A DNA stretch of 64,000 nucleotides from Gracilinanus agilis (taxonomy: Eukaryota): contig NC_058131.1 of the NCBI RefSeq assembly GCF_016433145.1, forward strand, positions 575,844,813 to 575,908,812, read 5' to 3'. A model generated the notes under the pieces. That model was given only the letters and a program-made list of their open reading frames with translations, did no database searches and had not been told where the DNA came from. The number at the start of each line of letters is the position of its first letter. Positions within the stretch are counted from its first letter, which is position 1. The translations under genes and the position numbers were made by a program. Below are positions 37,631 to 50,432 of the stretch, piece after piece.

Positions 37631-38089
37631 CAGCCCCCTAGATGCAGTTATTTTCTAGTCAAACACAAAAGCAAAGGATAAATGATCACAATTGGGAAAC
37701 ACTTAGGTAAACCTAAAGCTGTATCATTCCTTTTCATTTCCTGAGGAAATAGAAATGGAGATAGTATTAGTCTTTTCCTCCTCTCCCATTCCAATGTTCA
37801 CCCCTGTAAAGGTTCAAAAGTGAAGATATTTCCATCATAAAATTATCTACTCTCATTGCTGCAGCCACTTGTTATGTGGGTGGGATGTGTAGATATCTAG
37901 AAAGATTAAAAAAAAAAGCAATCTTTCCCATATTTAATGGCTGTTTTTTTTAATGGCTGTTTTAACTTAACTTCAAGTACTTTCCTAGTTTTCTCTCATA
38001 CTATCTGATAAAATTATGATGCTTTTGTCATTATAGGATGTTGTTCATTCCTGATTAGGCTAGAGTTTGTACTAGTGCTCTTGACTTAC

Positions 38090-38150
38090 CAGATCTGCAG
38101 TTTGATTTTCTTTCCATCAAGTTCTATTGTTCTTATTTTGAAGTCAATTC
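38090..38150 (-). CDS. RAB8B: RAB8B exon 2, (G)IDFKIRTIELDGKKIKLQIW
   Basis: 61 nt, aaacag| to |gtaagt; Rab switch I/RabF1-F2 sequence identical to recalled RAB8B. Confidence 0.97.
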
Positions 38151-38611
38151 CTGTTTAAAAAAAAAATACAGTCATGTCAATTTCAAGAAAAAAACACACA
38201 TTTCCATTGAATTTAGTATTCTCCAATGCTCTAAAAAATATGTACCCAAAGAGAATATGAATGGCATGTTTCCTCTGAATAATATAAATCATGGTGAAGA
38301 AAGGAATGTTAACCACTTTGTAAAGAATTAAAACACATATGAAATGTGGAATATTACAAACTTTAGTATCTCTAGATAAGAGCCTATAATTTGGGAAGAC
38401 TAGGAAACATTTTGTTCCTGAAATAGATACCAATATTAGCTTAAATTATTGATTTTTTCCTAGTAAAAGGAGTGGAACTCTCCAAGATTTTCCCTTTCTC
38501 TTCTCTGATCTGACTACATGATCATAAGTTCCCTAAAGGAAGGAGCCATATCTTTTTAATCTTTTTAATCTTTTTATTTCTTTCACTCCCTAGCAGTATG
38601 CACTCAATTGT

Positions 38612-38612
38612 A

Positions 38613-38656
<44 letters not shown>
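38612..38656. repeat. (AAT)n microsatellite
   Basis: Direct reading. Confidence 0.95.
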
Positions 38657-38658
<2 letters not shown>

Positions 38659-39189
38659 TCCGAATGAATGAATTCTAAGTCCAAAATGGTAGCAGGGCAA
38701 GCTATTAAAATTTTTTTTAAGTTCTTTACGTTAATATAGAGCTAGCAAATATTGCATCTCTGTTTTATGTACCATCAAATAGTCTTCATGCTAAAATTTC
38801 AACTACCTAACCTTATTTACTCACCTTAGGTCCAAAGATAATTGGCAGATCTAACAGACATTGTGGGAAAACTATTTGGGATTCTGGCTTTTTAACCTCC
38901 CTTTTTTGATTACTAATGCAACAAGTACTTCAATAGCTCAGTCCAGAATTGCTAACACTTAACAAGTATCAGCTTATTACCTTAAACTGCCGCTCATTTA
39001 TTATAAGTAAATTAAGCTTTTAGGGTACCAGTTAGTAAATATAAATGGGTAAATGAGTAGTAAGTAATCTATCAAATCTTTATCTGTCTATACAATGGCA
39101 TTGTGATAATTATGCATTACTACATTATACATATAAAGTTTCTAGAGGCTGTTCCACTTTTATATTCAGCCCACAAAAACTATATTAAT

Positions 39190-39790
39190 ATCTTGAAAAA
39201 AATGAAAGAATGAGAAATCCTGTCAATAAAGTAACTAACCTCAATTCCAGAGGACTCAGAAAGAAACATGCTATGTACCTCTTGATAGGGAGCTGATGTA
39301 CTCAGAGAACAAACTGAAGCATGTTTTCTTTTTCTCCCTTTTTCCTTTTCTGCATGGCTAACGTGGGGGTTTGTTTTGTATGTGTGTACATATGTATATA
39401 TTTGGAATGAGTTTTGTTTTTCTTGCTTTCTCAGTTGGTGAGAGAGGAGAGAAATGGAGAGAATTCAGAACAGAAAATGAATCTAACCTGAATTTTTTTT
39501 AAATGAAGCAAGAAACTAAAGTAATGAACCAAGAGCTAAGGAGGAAAGATTTGTAAGGAAAATAAATAGCTTAGAACTAAAAGTGGCAAACCTTCTAAGT
39601 TATAGCCTCCAAAAAAATTAGAATGTACCACATGTATCAAAAAGAAATTGATTCCATGAGACAGCAAGAAATACTTTTAAAAAGTCAAATAACTGAATAA
39701 ATAGAAGAAAATATAAAATATATGATATCAAAAACAAATAACTTGAAAAATAAAAGATTCGGGTGAGAAAAAAATTCAGTGGACTCCCTG
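39190..39790 (+). mobile_element. L1/HAL1 fragments (3' end followed by an ORF1 piece)
   Basis: GAAACATGCTATGTACCTC 3'-end motif, then an A-rich ORF1-like tract. Confidence 0.5.
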
Positions 39791-39842
39791 AAAACCATAT
39801 TAAGTCAATAACCTTTTATTAAGTGTCTCCTTTGAAGATGCT

Positions 39843-40080
39843 AGAGGCAGCTAGATGGCTCAGTGGGTAAAGTGCAGGTCCTAGAGTCAGAAGGATCTGG
39901 CCTCAGATATTTACTGAGTGGCCCTAGGCAAGTCACTTAACCTTTGTCTGACTCAGTTTCTTTAGCTATGAAAATGGGGATAATAATAGCACCTTCTTCT
40001 CAAGGTTCTTGTTAGGATCAAATCAGATATTTATGAAACAGGACACTGCCTATTATGTAGTAGGTGTTAAATAACTACTC
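39843..40080 (+). mobile_element. MAR1/MIR-type CORE SINE
   Basis: AGGCAGCTAGATGGCTCAGTGGG head, CTCAGTTTC...AAAATGGGGATAATAATAGCACC core. Confidence 0.82.
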
Positions 40081-40704
40081 TTTTCTTCTATGTGTCAGGC
40101 ACTGTTGAGCACTAGAAATGCAAAGAAAGGCAAAAGACCTCTACTCTCAAAGAGTTCACCCCTTAGTGAGGGAGACAAACTGCAAACAATCTTATAAATA
40201 AGATATATTCAGGATAAACTGGAGATAATCTATCATTAAGGGGATCAGAAAAGGCATTTTTTAGAAAGTAGAATTTTAGCTGGGACTTGAAGGATACCTG
40301 GGAAGCCAGGAGACAGAAATGTAGAGGGAGAGAATTACAGCCATGGGAGACAGTCAGTGAAAATGCATGGAGTCAGGAAATGAAATATTATGTGTGATAA
40401 AGAGCAAGGAGATCAGTGTCATTGGATCTTGGAGTACAAAGAAAGGAAAAAGTGTATAAGACTGAAAGAATAGAAGAGGCTAGGTTGATTATGAAAGGTT
40501 TTAAAAGCTGGAGGGTTTTATATTTTATCCTGAAGGTAATAGAGAAGCACTGGAATTTATTTTATGGGAGTTGGAGGCAATGATATGGTCAAACCTGTGC
40601 TTTAGGAAGATCAGTTTGACAGATGAGAAGAAGATGATTGGAGTGGAGAGAAATTTGAAGCCAAGCAGCAGTCTACTGGAATAGTATTAGAATGAGATGA
40701 TAAA

Positions 40705-40908
40705 GGCAGCTAGGTAGTTACTCAGTGGATTGAGAGCCAGGCCTAGAGAAGAGAGGTCCTGGGTTCAGATTTGGCCTCAAGACACTTCCTAGCTGTGTGA
40801 CCCTGGGCAAGTCACTTAAGCCCCATTGCCTAGCCCTTACTGCTCTTCTGTCTTGAAACCAATACACAGTATTAATTCTAAGATTGAAAGTAAGGATTTA
40901 AAAAAAAT
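40705..40908 (+). mobile_element. SINE1_Mdo-type (long tail) nested in L2
   Basis: Head, core and tail; imperfect TSD AGAATGAG. Confidence 0.9.
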
Positions 40909-41335
40909 TTTTTTGAGAATGAGGTCTGTTGCTATGTACTATGGTGATAGCAGTACCAGAAGAGAAAAATACATGTAAGGTAGATATTATGAAAAAACTT
41001 GGCAAAAGATTGGATGTGCAGGTGAGGGAAGAGAGGGTTGGGAAGGAGGGTAGGAGAAAGTAAGGAGTTAAGGATGACACCTAGATTTCAAGCGTGGTGA
41101 CTGGGATGATTGTGATACCCCTAAAAGTAATAGGAAAAGTATGTCTCCAGGATATCCAGTTTGAGATGTTGGTGATGAAAGACTGAAGATCAGGAGAGAG
41201 TATGGGGCTGGATAAACAAATCTGAGAATAATATGCATAGAAATAATTGAATCTAGGATAGTAGAAGAGATCACTAAGGGAAATCCTAGAGAGATAATAG
41301 AGCCCAAGAGAAAGCCCTGAAAGACATCTATGGTT

Positions 41336-42146
41336 TGTAAGATTTAAATTAATAACAATAATTCCAAGTATTATGTTTTATAAGATTTATTAGTAATCAT
41401 TTGAAGTAGAAGAAATAAAAAATAGAAGTACAAAGCTTAAGTATGACCATGTGAGTAAACTTTCCTGCCAAGCTCTCCCCCCAGCCTCCACAGCCATGTT
41501 CTGGGAAGAAGAGAGAGAGACAGAGAGACAGAGAGACAGAGAGACAGAGAGACAGAGAGAGAAAGACAGGGTCACATCCAAATTATATCCTCCTACATTA
41601 ACACATAGCGTAAACACGCAAATGGGATGCTGGATAAGAGAATCCTGGGAAGCAAATTCTATCTACACAATCACCCCTGTGATTCCATTGGGAGGTGAGC
41701 ATATTGGAATCTCCCAGATTTACATGCCTTGTCTCCCCAATGAATCATCACACATAACCAGCTTATATCTCTAAAGATCTCTTACTAAAAGTGCATACAA
41801 TATTGCACTTTCTAAGGGGAAATTACAATAATCTGGGTATAAGAGGGAAATAAAAGAGAAAGAGAGTAAACCAATGATTTCTTGGCACGCTGATAAAAAG
41901 CCAATTAGGGGGCAATCCTCTTTGGCATAAAAGTTTACATTTAGAATAAATGTGTTTAACCTCCCACAGTTCAATCCATCTCAAAGTTCATTCTGGATCT
42001 TTTGATTCAGTGTGTGGTTTCTGCAGGCATCCCCTTGGTGCCTTTTCCAAACCATTCACTTTCTCAATTTGCAGAGTTAACAAGTTTCTTATCCTAAAAA
42101 ATTTCTCCAAAAGATTTTAAACAAAACATTATAGGATAATAATACA
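41336..42146 (-). mobile_element. Solo ERV LTR (811 bp) inserted in L2
   Basis: TG...CA termini; 4-bp flanks GGTT/AGTT; the L2 sequence rejoins across it. On the minus strand: TATA-like ~41588, CT-rich tract, AATAAA 41386-41391. Confidence 0.78.
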
Positions 42147-42384
42147 AGTTAGTGAGTGTGACCAGGAAGAAGATTTAGGAAAGGAAACTGAGAAGGATCA
42201 GCCAAGACCTATACTGGAACCAAGAGAAAGCAGTATCATGAAAACCTAGAACCTAGACAGAAACAAGTAAAGAATAGGGAGATCAACAGTGTCAAATACT
42301 AGAAAGAGGTCAAGAAAAACAAAAAAAATAAGGAAAGAACATTAAATATGCTGATAATAGTTAAGTCATTTACAGATGATCATC

Positions 42385-44420
42385 ATACATTATTATTTTT
42401 ATTGTGTAGTGTACGACCTTCTCCTGATTCTGTTCACTTCACTCTGTATCACTACATAAGTATTTTAGGGTTTCTGTCATATGCCACAACTTATTCGGTT
42501 ATTCTTTAATTGATGAAAATCTCTTCAGTGTGCATTTCCACCACAAAAAAAAGCTGCTAGAAATATTTTAAAATATATAGTTCCTGGAATAGTAATATAC
42601 TGTTAGAGAAACTGTGAACTGATACAACCATTCCAGGAAGCAATATCGAACTAGGAGTCACAAAAACTATGCATACCCTTTGACCCAGCAATATCACTAC
42701 TGGGTTTGTATCCCAAAGAGATCAGAGACAAGGGAAAAAGACCTACCTGTACCAAAGTTTTTTTAGCAGCTCTTTTTGTAAAGGCAAAAAATTGGAAACT
42801 GAGGGGTTGTCCATCTCTTGGGGAATTGATGAACAAGTTGTGGTATGGTGTTATAATGGAATAGTCTATTGTACCACAAGGAACAATGAATAGGATGAGT
42901 TAAAAAAAACCTTGAAAGATTTATATGAACTGATTCAAAGTGAAATGTGCAGAATCAGGAGAATAATGTATACAGTAACAGAAATATTATACAATGATCA
43001 ACTGTGAAGGACTAAACCATTATCAGCAAAGCACGTCTCCAAGATAACAAGGGACTCATGATGAAAATGCTATCCACAGACAAAGAAGGAACAATTGAAA
43101 TCTGAATACAAATCAAAGCATGCCATCTTCGACTACATATCCTTCGTGAGATTTTTATTGCATGTGTGATATATGTCTTCTATCTTGGTATAAGCAATAT
43201 TACATGAAAGTATGGGTGTAACTTAGGTTGTTCTCTGTCTCAGGGAGGTGAGAGAGTGAGAAAGGGATGAGAGGGAGGGAAAAAATCTGAATTTTAAAAT
43301 GTCAAAAAACAACTGTCAAAAAATTGTTTCTACATGTAAATGAAAAAAATGGAAAAAAGGTTTTTTTAAAAACCTATAGTTTCATTTCCTTTTTCTTTGA
43401 TCACCTTAGAAAATAACTAATAGTGGTATTACTGAATCAAAAGGTATACACAGTGTTATAACTCTTTGAGTTTAATTCCAGATTGATTTCCAAAATGGTT
43501 GGATCAGTTCACAGTTCCACTAACAATGTATTAGTGTCTCTATTTTTCTACATTCCCTCCAGCATTTGGCATTTTGCCTTTTTATCAGTTTAGTCAATCA
43601 GATAGGTATGAGATGATATCTCATAATTGTTTTGGTTTGCATGTCTCTAATCAATAATGATTTAGAGCATATTTTATAGTTATATATGTTCAATTTTTTC
43701 ATCCAAAAACTAACTGTTCATATCTTTTGACCATTTATCAATTGGGGAATGGCTCATATTATTAGATATTTGACAAAGTTCTCTCTACATATTTTTTCAC
43801 TTATTTTCAAATTTATTTTATTTTTTCTCCAATTACATGTAAAAAGTTTACAATATTTTAAAAAGAATTTTGAGTTTCAAATTCTCTCCCCTCCCTCTCC
43901 CTACCTCAAATGAGATGGTAAACAATCTCATATAGATTTACATGTCCAATCATGTAAACCATTTTTCCATATTAGTGCTTTTGTGGAGGGAAATGAACAA
44001 AAAAATTAAGAAAGTGAAAAAAAGTATACTTTGGTCTGCATTCAGACTCCATCTGTTCTTTCTCTGGAAGCAGATGTCATTTTTTATCATGAGTCCTTTG
44101 GGATTGTTTTGGGTCATGTATTGCTGAAAATGGCTAAGTTATTCACAGTTGTTTATTGTATAGTATCCCTGTCATTGTGTATGGTGTTCTAGTTCAGCTT
44201 AATTCACTCTACTTTAGTTCATATAAGTTCTTGCAAGTTTTTCTGAGCTCCTCTTATTCATCATTTCATATAGCACAAAAGTATTCCATTACGATCATAC
44301 TATAACTTATTCATATATTCCCCAATTGATGGGTTTCCCCTCACTTTTCAATTCTTTGTCCCAGTAAAAAGAGCTGCTTTAAATATTTTTATATATACAG
44401 ATTCTTTCCCTTTTTGTTTT
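42385..44420. mobile_element. Nested L1 cluster: minus-strand L1 (42385-42584 and 43369-43790) interrupted by a plus-strand L1 3' end (42585-43368), then another minus L1 3' end (43790-44420)
   Basis: CATACCCTTTGACCCAGCAATATCACTACTGGG ORF2 motif on plus; the host resumes after an imperfect TSD AAAATATATAGTTCC/AAAACCTATAGTTTC. Confidence 0.75.
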
Positions 44421-44797
44421 TTCCTCTATATATTTTAGCTATAGAACATTAGATATGGTAATTAAGAAGAAATTTTTGAGGCATCTGTAAAACAATGACA
44501 ATTGAATGCAAGGGAGCTGATTAGTTATCAAGCAAGATAGGAGAAAGAATAGAGAAAAGGACTTAGGATGACCAAGGCATAGATGGTAAAATACAAAAAT
44601 GTCCTAGGAACAAGTAAAGTGGACTAGTTAATGGCAGAGAAAGGACTAAATCTCAGGACAAAAAGGCACTCACAGACTAAGGATTTTATTCACTGCTTCT
44701 TTGTGAAACTGCTACTTTTTCCTTGTATGATGTTGAGCAAGTCACCCTCTCTGAACCTCTGTTTCCTCATCTATAAAGTGAAGGTAATGGACTAGAT

Positions 44798-44975
44798 CAG
44801 TGGTATCAAACTCAAATAGAAATGAATCCTCATGGCTGCATATGGAATTAGAAAGTCACAGAATAGCATTAACTCTATTGTACTCTATCTGTATTTATTT
44901 TGATAAACATTTCCCAATTACATTTTAATCTGATTTTAGACACAACAGGGAGTTTTATGGTCTGCTTGACTTCTG
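44798..44975. mobile_element. hAT-Charlie-type MITE inserted into a MIR tail
   Basis: Left end CAGTGGTATCAAACTC; 8-bp TSD GACTAGAT/GATTAGAT; the host MIR (44725-45015) resumes after the TSD. Confidence 0.82.
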
Positions 44976-45140
44976 GATTAGATCATGTCTAAGGTTCCTT
45001 TAAGCTCTAAGAGTATGAATGAATGCATCAAACATTTTTACACTCCAAAAACTACTGAGAAAGTTCTTTTGGAACTATTATTTAGGTTTATGGTCTATGA
45101 GAATGTAAATAAATATAGTTTTGTCTTAAGATTTCAGAAG

Positions 45141-45172
<32 letters not shown>

Positions 45173-45796
45173 AAAGAAGGAAGGAAAACCTGCCTGAATT
45201 TTTAGAATATAATTTAGTATTATTTTGGAAGGAAAGGTTGTTTATAAAACTTCAGATAATTCTTCTGCCTATTTATATTGTGATAGGAAATGGCAAGCTG
45301 AACTATGTTTACAACATAAATTGATAGTGACATATATACCATTTCCTTTGAAACGGGCTATATATATTCATTTTAATAGTAGTTTCCTACTTAGTACTAA
45401 ATTAAATGTAATACCAGACATCGAGGCTGGGCCAGCTATAACAGCAAATTCAAACCATATTGTCAAGAAGCAAAAAAATAATATGTGAATTATAAATATG
45501 AAAGGACTTTCTGATTTTTGTTTTGAGCCTTAACAACCTGAAAGCTAACTGCTAAAATATTAAAGTTAATAATATAGTTAGGCAAGTCAAAGCATCTTAC
45601 AGATTAAAAGGTTAATTATTTACTTAACCCTCAAAATTTCTGATAGGAGATAAATCATATAACACCTAATAATAAAAACATAAGCACATACCCAGTTGGA
45701 GATACAGAATCTCTAAAACACTAAAAGCATCAAAATGTCAAAGAGAAAAAAACATGAATAGTAAATAAAATACAATCAATATTATAAAAATTCAGA

Positions 45797-45972
45797 ACAT
45801 AAGAGCCAGGCCTAGAGACAGGAGGTCCTAGGTTCAAATCTGACTTCAAACACTTCCTAGCTGTGTGACCCTGGGCAAGTCACTTAACTCCCAATTACCT
45901 AGCCCTTACCACTCTTCTGCCTTAGAACAAATACACAATATTGATTCTAAGATGGAAGGAAAGAGTTTTAAA
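45797..45972 (+). mobile_element. 5'-truncated SINE1_Mdo-type
   Basis: Starts at GAGCCAGGCCTAGAG; TSD AAAAATTCAGA. Confidence 0.88.
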
Positions 45973-47784
45973 AAATTCAGATAAAATGCTAAAACATTTA
46001 GGAAGGGTTAAGATTTTTTTTAAACCTCTACATCTGGTCAACAAAATTTATTTGGCATTCCTAATATCATTTGAGAATGACAAAACTGATGCATGACAAG
46101 TCTCTCACAAATTTTATAGAAAGTTAAATATGTAACTTAATGCTACTCAATTTGAAAGAAGTAATATACATGTCAATATAAAAATATTCACTTTAGAGCT
46201 GATCATTAAGTAGATATTTTGCCTTTTGCAAAATTTTTGAAAATCACTTATATTTGTCATATATCAAATTCTGATCTAAAATTCCTTGTAAAATAATACT
46301 TCAGTTTCTTTCTCCACCATAAATTCATAACAACCTGTAACAAAGAAGTTCAAAAATAAGACTAGTAAAGTTTCCTTTTTCTTTTCTCGATTCATTACTT
46401 CTTAGGCAATGTACCTTAAAAATTAGAGAACTACTTGAGTCTATCTTCTAAACAAAAGATTTCCTCGTTTATACTTTCTGCATAAGGGCCAGATATGACA
46501 TTCATCTAAGCTAGGTTCCTTCAAAACTAGAAAATTAAGTAAAATCATTGTACTTATGCTTCATTGCTGTAAGAAAGTGCAACGGGCAAATAACTGAAAT
46601 TATCACTGGAAAAATAACATGTCAAATGGCATTTCCTCCAAAATATACTGAAACTAATTCTTTGGATTCAAGAATTGAATATGTATCATACTTTCCACTA
46701 ATTTTGAAATAAGGAAAATATAAGCAGAAAAAAACTGTGAATCTATTCCATATAAAGAAAAACAAAACTAAACAGAACTGTTTAGATTTTACCAAAGAGA
46801 AATTTTTCTTAAAAGAACAGCAGTCAGGATGCATATTTTAAAAATCAAATAAGATATGGGTCTGAAATAATTATTACCTATTCCATTATCTTCTAGAAAG
46901 AATTCCAAAGTTCCTTACCCCTGTAAGTATTGTTTTTATACCTTCCCAAAAGATATAAAATCAAATACTCTGCCTTTCCTCGTATGTATAATTCAGCTAT
47001 TGAGAAAAGGAACATTCTTTTAAGTATGCATAAACAAATGTCTGGAATGGAAAAAAAAAAATGAAGTCATTCTACCACCCCATCCAAAAAGAAAGCAGTG
47101 CCAGATGTGCAACTTAGAATGCTAAGGATCCTGTTAGCCTCTTGATGCAAACCAGTATCACTGTCACTAAACTGATACAAAATTAAGTAGCACTTACAAA
47201 TCTACTATGGCTAGTATAACAGATGGGTAATTATAACAAGCTATTGCTGACTATCAAGGTTAAAACAAACAGATGGAACACAGGCAAATGAAAGGATGGG
47301 AGCAAAATCAACATAAGTGGCATAAAGGAATATATTTTCCAATTAGGCAATAACCACAATTCCTTTTTCTCTCCTTCCTCTCTGCTTTCCTTCCTTTCTT
47401 CTCTTTATCTCCCCTTCTTCCTCACTCTAGTACAACTATTAATAATGATAATATAACACTAATTTAATGTTGGTAAAGCACCATGAACATACTGGCTTAT
47501 TTTAAAATTCAAATCTCTACTATTCTAAAACCTCTAATTATTCTGATATAAATAAAATAAAAATCGTAGTGTATAATATATAGGCAAGCATAGTAAAATA
47601 AATTTACACAAGCAATGATATATAAAGTAATATGTTCCAAAATATTTTAAAATGCATTTTTTCTCATCCTTGGGGTGATAGAGAATTCTTCAGAACAGTA
47701 GAATCATAGGAACTGTACAACCCTGTTTGCTTCTGTAAAACAAACAGGTGTTAGATACTAGACAGATGCAAAGAGAAAACCTTT

Positions 47785-47985
47785 GGGGGCAGCTGAGTGG
47801 CTCAGTGGATTGAGAGCCAGGCCTAGATGGGAGGTCCTGGGTTCAAATGTGGCCTCAGACACTTCCTAGCTATGGGACCCTGGGCAAGTCACTTAACCCC
47901 CCATTGTCTAGTCCTTACCATTCTTCTGCCTTGGAACCAATACACAGTATTGATTCTAAGATGGAAGGTAAGGGTTTAAAAAAAA
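47785..47985 (+). mobile_element. SINE1_Mdo-type (long tail)
   Basis: TSD AAAGAG(A/G)AAACCTTT. Confidence 0.92.
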
Positions 47986-48660
47986 AAGAGGAAACCTTTA
48001 CTTCAGTCTAAAACACCAGGTATTAATTAGCCCACACTGATAGATTATACCACTGAAGTCTAGACCAAATGGCAAAAAGCTCTGTTATTTCTGCGCCCCC
48101 CCCCATATCCCATAGCTAATTTAGTCCAATGAACACAGGTAATAATTATGTAAAATATGAAAATCAATGAGGTTCCAAAATATTCTTTTAGGAGCCTTTA
48201 TATTCTTTATTGACAACCATCTGACACCAAGCCAAACTACATTCATAGGCACCTATTTGAATAAAGAAATTTTATGTAATCATTCAATATTGCACATGAC
48301 AAATACTCTTCATCTAGCTGAGAGCACTATGTAGAAGTCAATTATTTCTATAGGGGCAAGAAAAGAAAATCTGCTTTAGTAAAAACTGAATAGTGTCAAA
48401 GCTGGATCATTAAAGTTTTTTGTTTGTTTGTTTTTTTGCTTAAAATACTAAAGAAGTATCCTTGGCATTTATAAGAGAAATTATGTATCCTGTTTCTTCC
48501 AGCTCTCCCTGAAATTTTAGTTAAGAAAATCCTCATACATTTACTTCCTTTTATCCATATATTTGAAAATGTGTAGTTATTTCCAAACAACTGGACCTCT
48601 CTCAGTATCAAGATCAGTGAATAAGTCTTCATACTGAGCCTCTTAAAAAGAAATTGGGGG

Positions 48661-48855
48661 GGGAGGGCAGCTGGGTAGCTCAGTGGATTGAGAGTCAGGC
48701 CTAGAGAAGGGAGGTCCTAGGTTCAAATCTGGCCTCAGACACTTCCCAGCTGTGTGACCCTGGGCAAGTCACTTTACCACTCTTCCACCTCAGAGCCAAT
48801 ACACAGAAGTTAAGGGTTTAAAAAAAAATTAAAGAAAAAAAACCACTTTAAAAAA
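48661..48855 (+). mobile_element. SINE1_Mdo-type (short tail) with a ~19-bp internal deletion
   Basis: AAGTCACTTTACCACTC here versus AAGTCACTTGACCCCCATTGCCTACCCTTACCACTC in sister copies. Confidence 0.9.
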
Positions 48856-50432
48856 AAAGAAATAGGTAGTTTTTTAAAAAAGCACAGTATAGGGCTTAAA
48901 AAAATCAATATCAGGAGTCCCCAAATTAAAAATACTTACAAATTATACCTATATATGAACCAGTTTCTTATTCTCTCAAGAGACAGTTGCTTTTTATTTC
49001 CCTATTCAGAACAACTAGATATTCACTGGCCTACAGAAATGTGATCACTCAACCAAATACAGAAAGGTGACTTTCTCTCATGTAGATATAAAATGGAAAA
49101 TCGTTACTGGTTCCCAGAGGCCTTTAAACCCTTGTCCCACACAGTCAATGCACCTGGGATGCCTAGAAGTGGTATTTAGCATGTACTTTCCCAATGAAAT
49201 AATGTTGTACACAGTGATTAAGTGTAGTATTTGTGCTATTATTGTATATTTCAGGTACATTATCAATTAAACAGGCTTTTGAGAACTGGCCTAACATCCT
49301 ATTGTGTAACAATACATTTTACATATTAGAAAATGTGTTCTGAGTTCTAATGCACTAACTTACAAAAGAACTTCAGGAAGAACATAAACTTACCCTCAGT
49401 GGGGGAGCTGATTATTCACTAATCAGATAATTTATAATACTTTGCTCATCTGAGTTCATTTGCCTTACTTCACAGTTCATTTGTTTGCTAGTGTGTCTGA
49501 GTTTACAAAATTTCATAATGCAGCTAATGAGGTGTTACTTATGCATAGTCCAAGTTAGCAAGCATTTGTTAAGCCCTTACTATGTGCCTGGTACTAGGCT
49601 AAGCAATGGGGGTACGAAGAAAGGTTATGACATAAGTCCTGCCCTCAAGGAACTTAGGATCCAATATGGGAGACAACATACAAACAAGTATGTACAAATT
49701 ATACAAAAGACAAATTGGAGATAATCTCAGAGGAAAAACATTAGCATTAAGAAAGACTTGGAAATTCTTGCAGAAAGGGGAATGTTAGCTGAAACTTCAA
49801 GGAAGCCCAGGGAAGTCACATGAAAGACAAAAAGGGAGAGAAGAAAAACTTCAATTAAAAATACAGGATGAGGGAGAAGCTTGAAATAAGGATTTCTGTA
49901 ATTAACTTACACTATAACTTATTAACCATTTGTAACTAATATAATGACTATAAGAAGAGAAAGGGTAACTGAGTCCTCCTTAATAAACTGAATAGAGACT
50001 TTAAAGACAACTCTGTTAAAAACCATTTTGATAATCTTATCATACCATAAAGGTCCCAAATGATTTTGCTTTTGCAGAATTTCCATTTCTTCCTCATTCT
50101 GTATGAAAAGACCCCATTCTCAGGAATCCTTATTATAACCATATTGGTGAGGGGGTTTGTTGTTGTTTTTAAAGAATAGAGTGCAATAGGAAAAAAAATT
50201 AATCTAATTCCTTGGGCATGAGTGAGAGGGAGTTGTCACAGCTTCTTCCAAGGAACACACAGACACAGAAGCATAAGTATGTATATATACATATATATAC
50301 ACATACACATATGTATGAAAACATCTGTCATGATTCTGAAACAAAAGCAAAGAGGAAAAAATAATTTTTCCATACTTGAAAGGTAGTTTTAATATTATAT
50401 GCTTAAATTTGCCCATATATAGTTCTTTACTT

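Larger units (their letters stand above)
40090..42370 (-). mobile_element. L2 LINE fragment hosting a SINE and the solo LTR
   Basis: GTGTCAGGCACTGTTGAGC end; AGGATGACACCTAGATTTCAAG. Confidence 0.75.

Noticed and set aside
41390-41974. ORFs inside the LTR
   Set aside because: Microsatellite-driven ERQR repeats; no gag, pol or env motifs.
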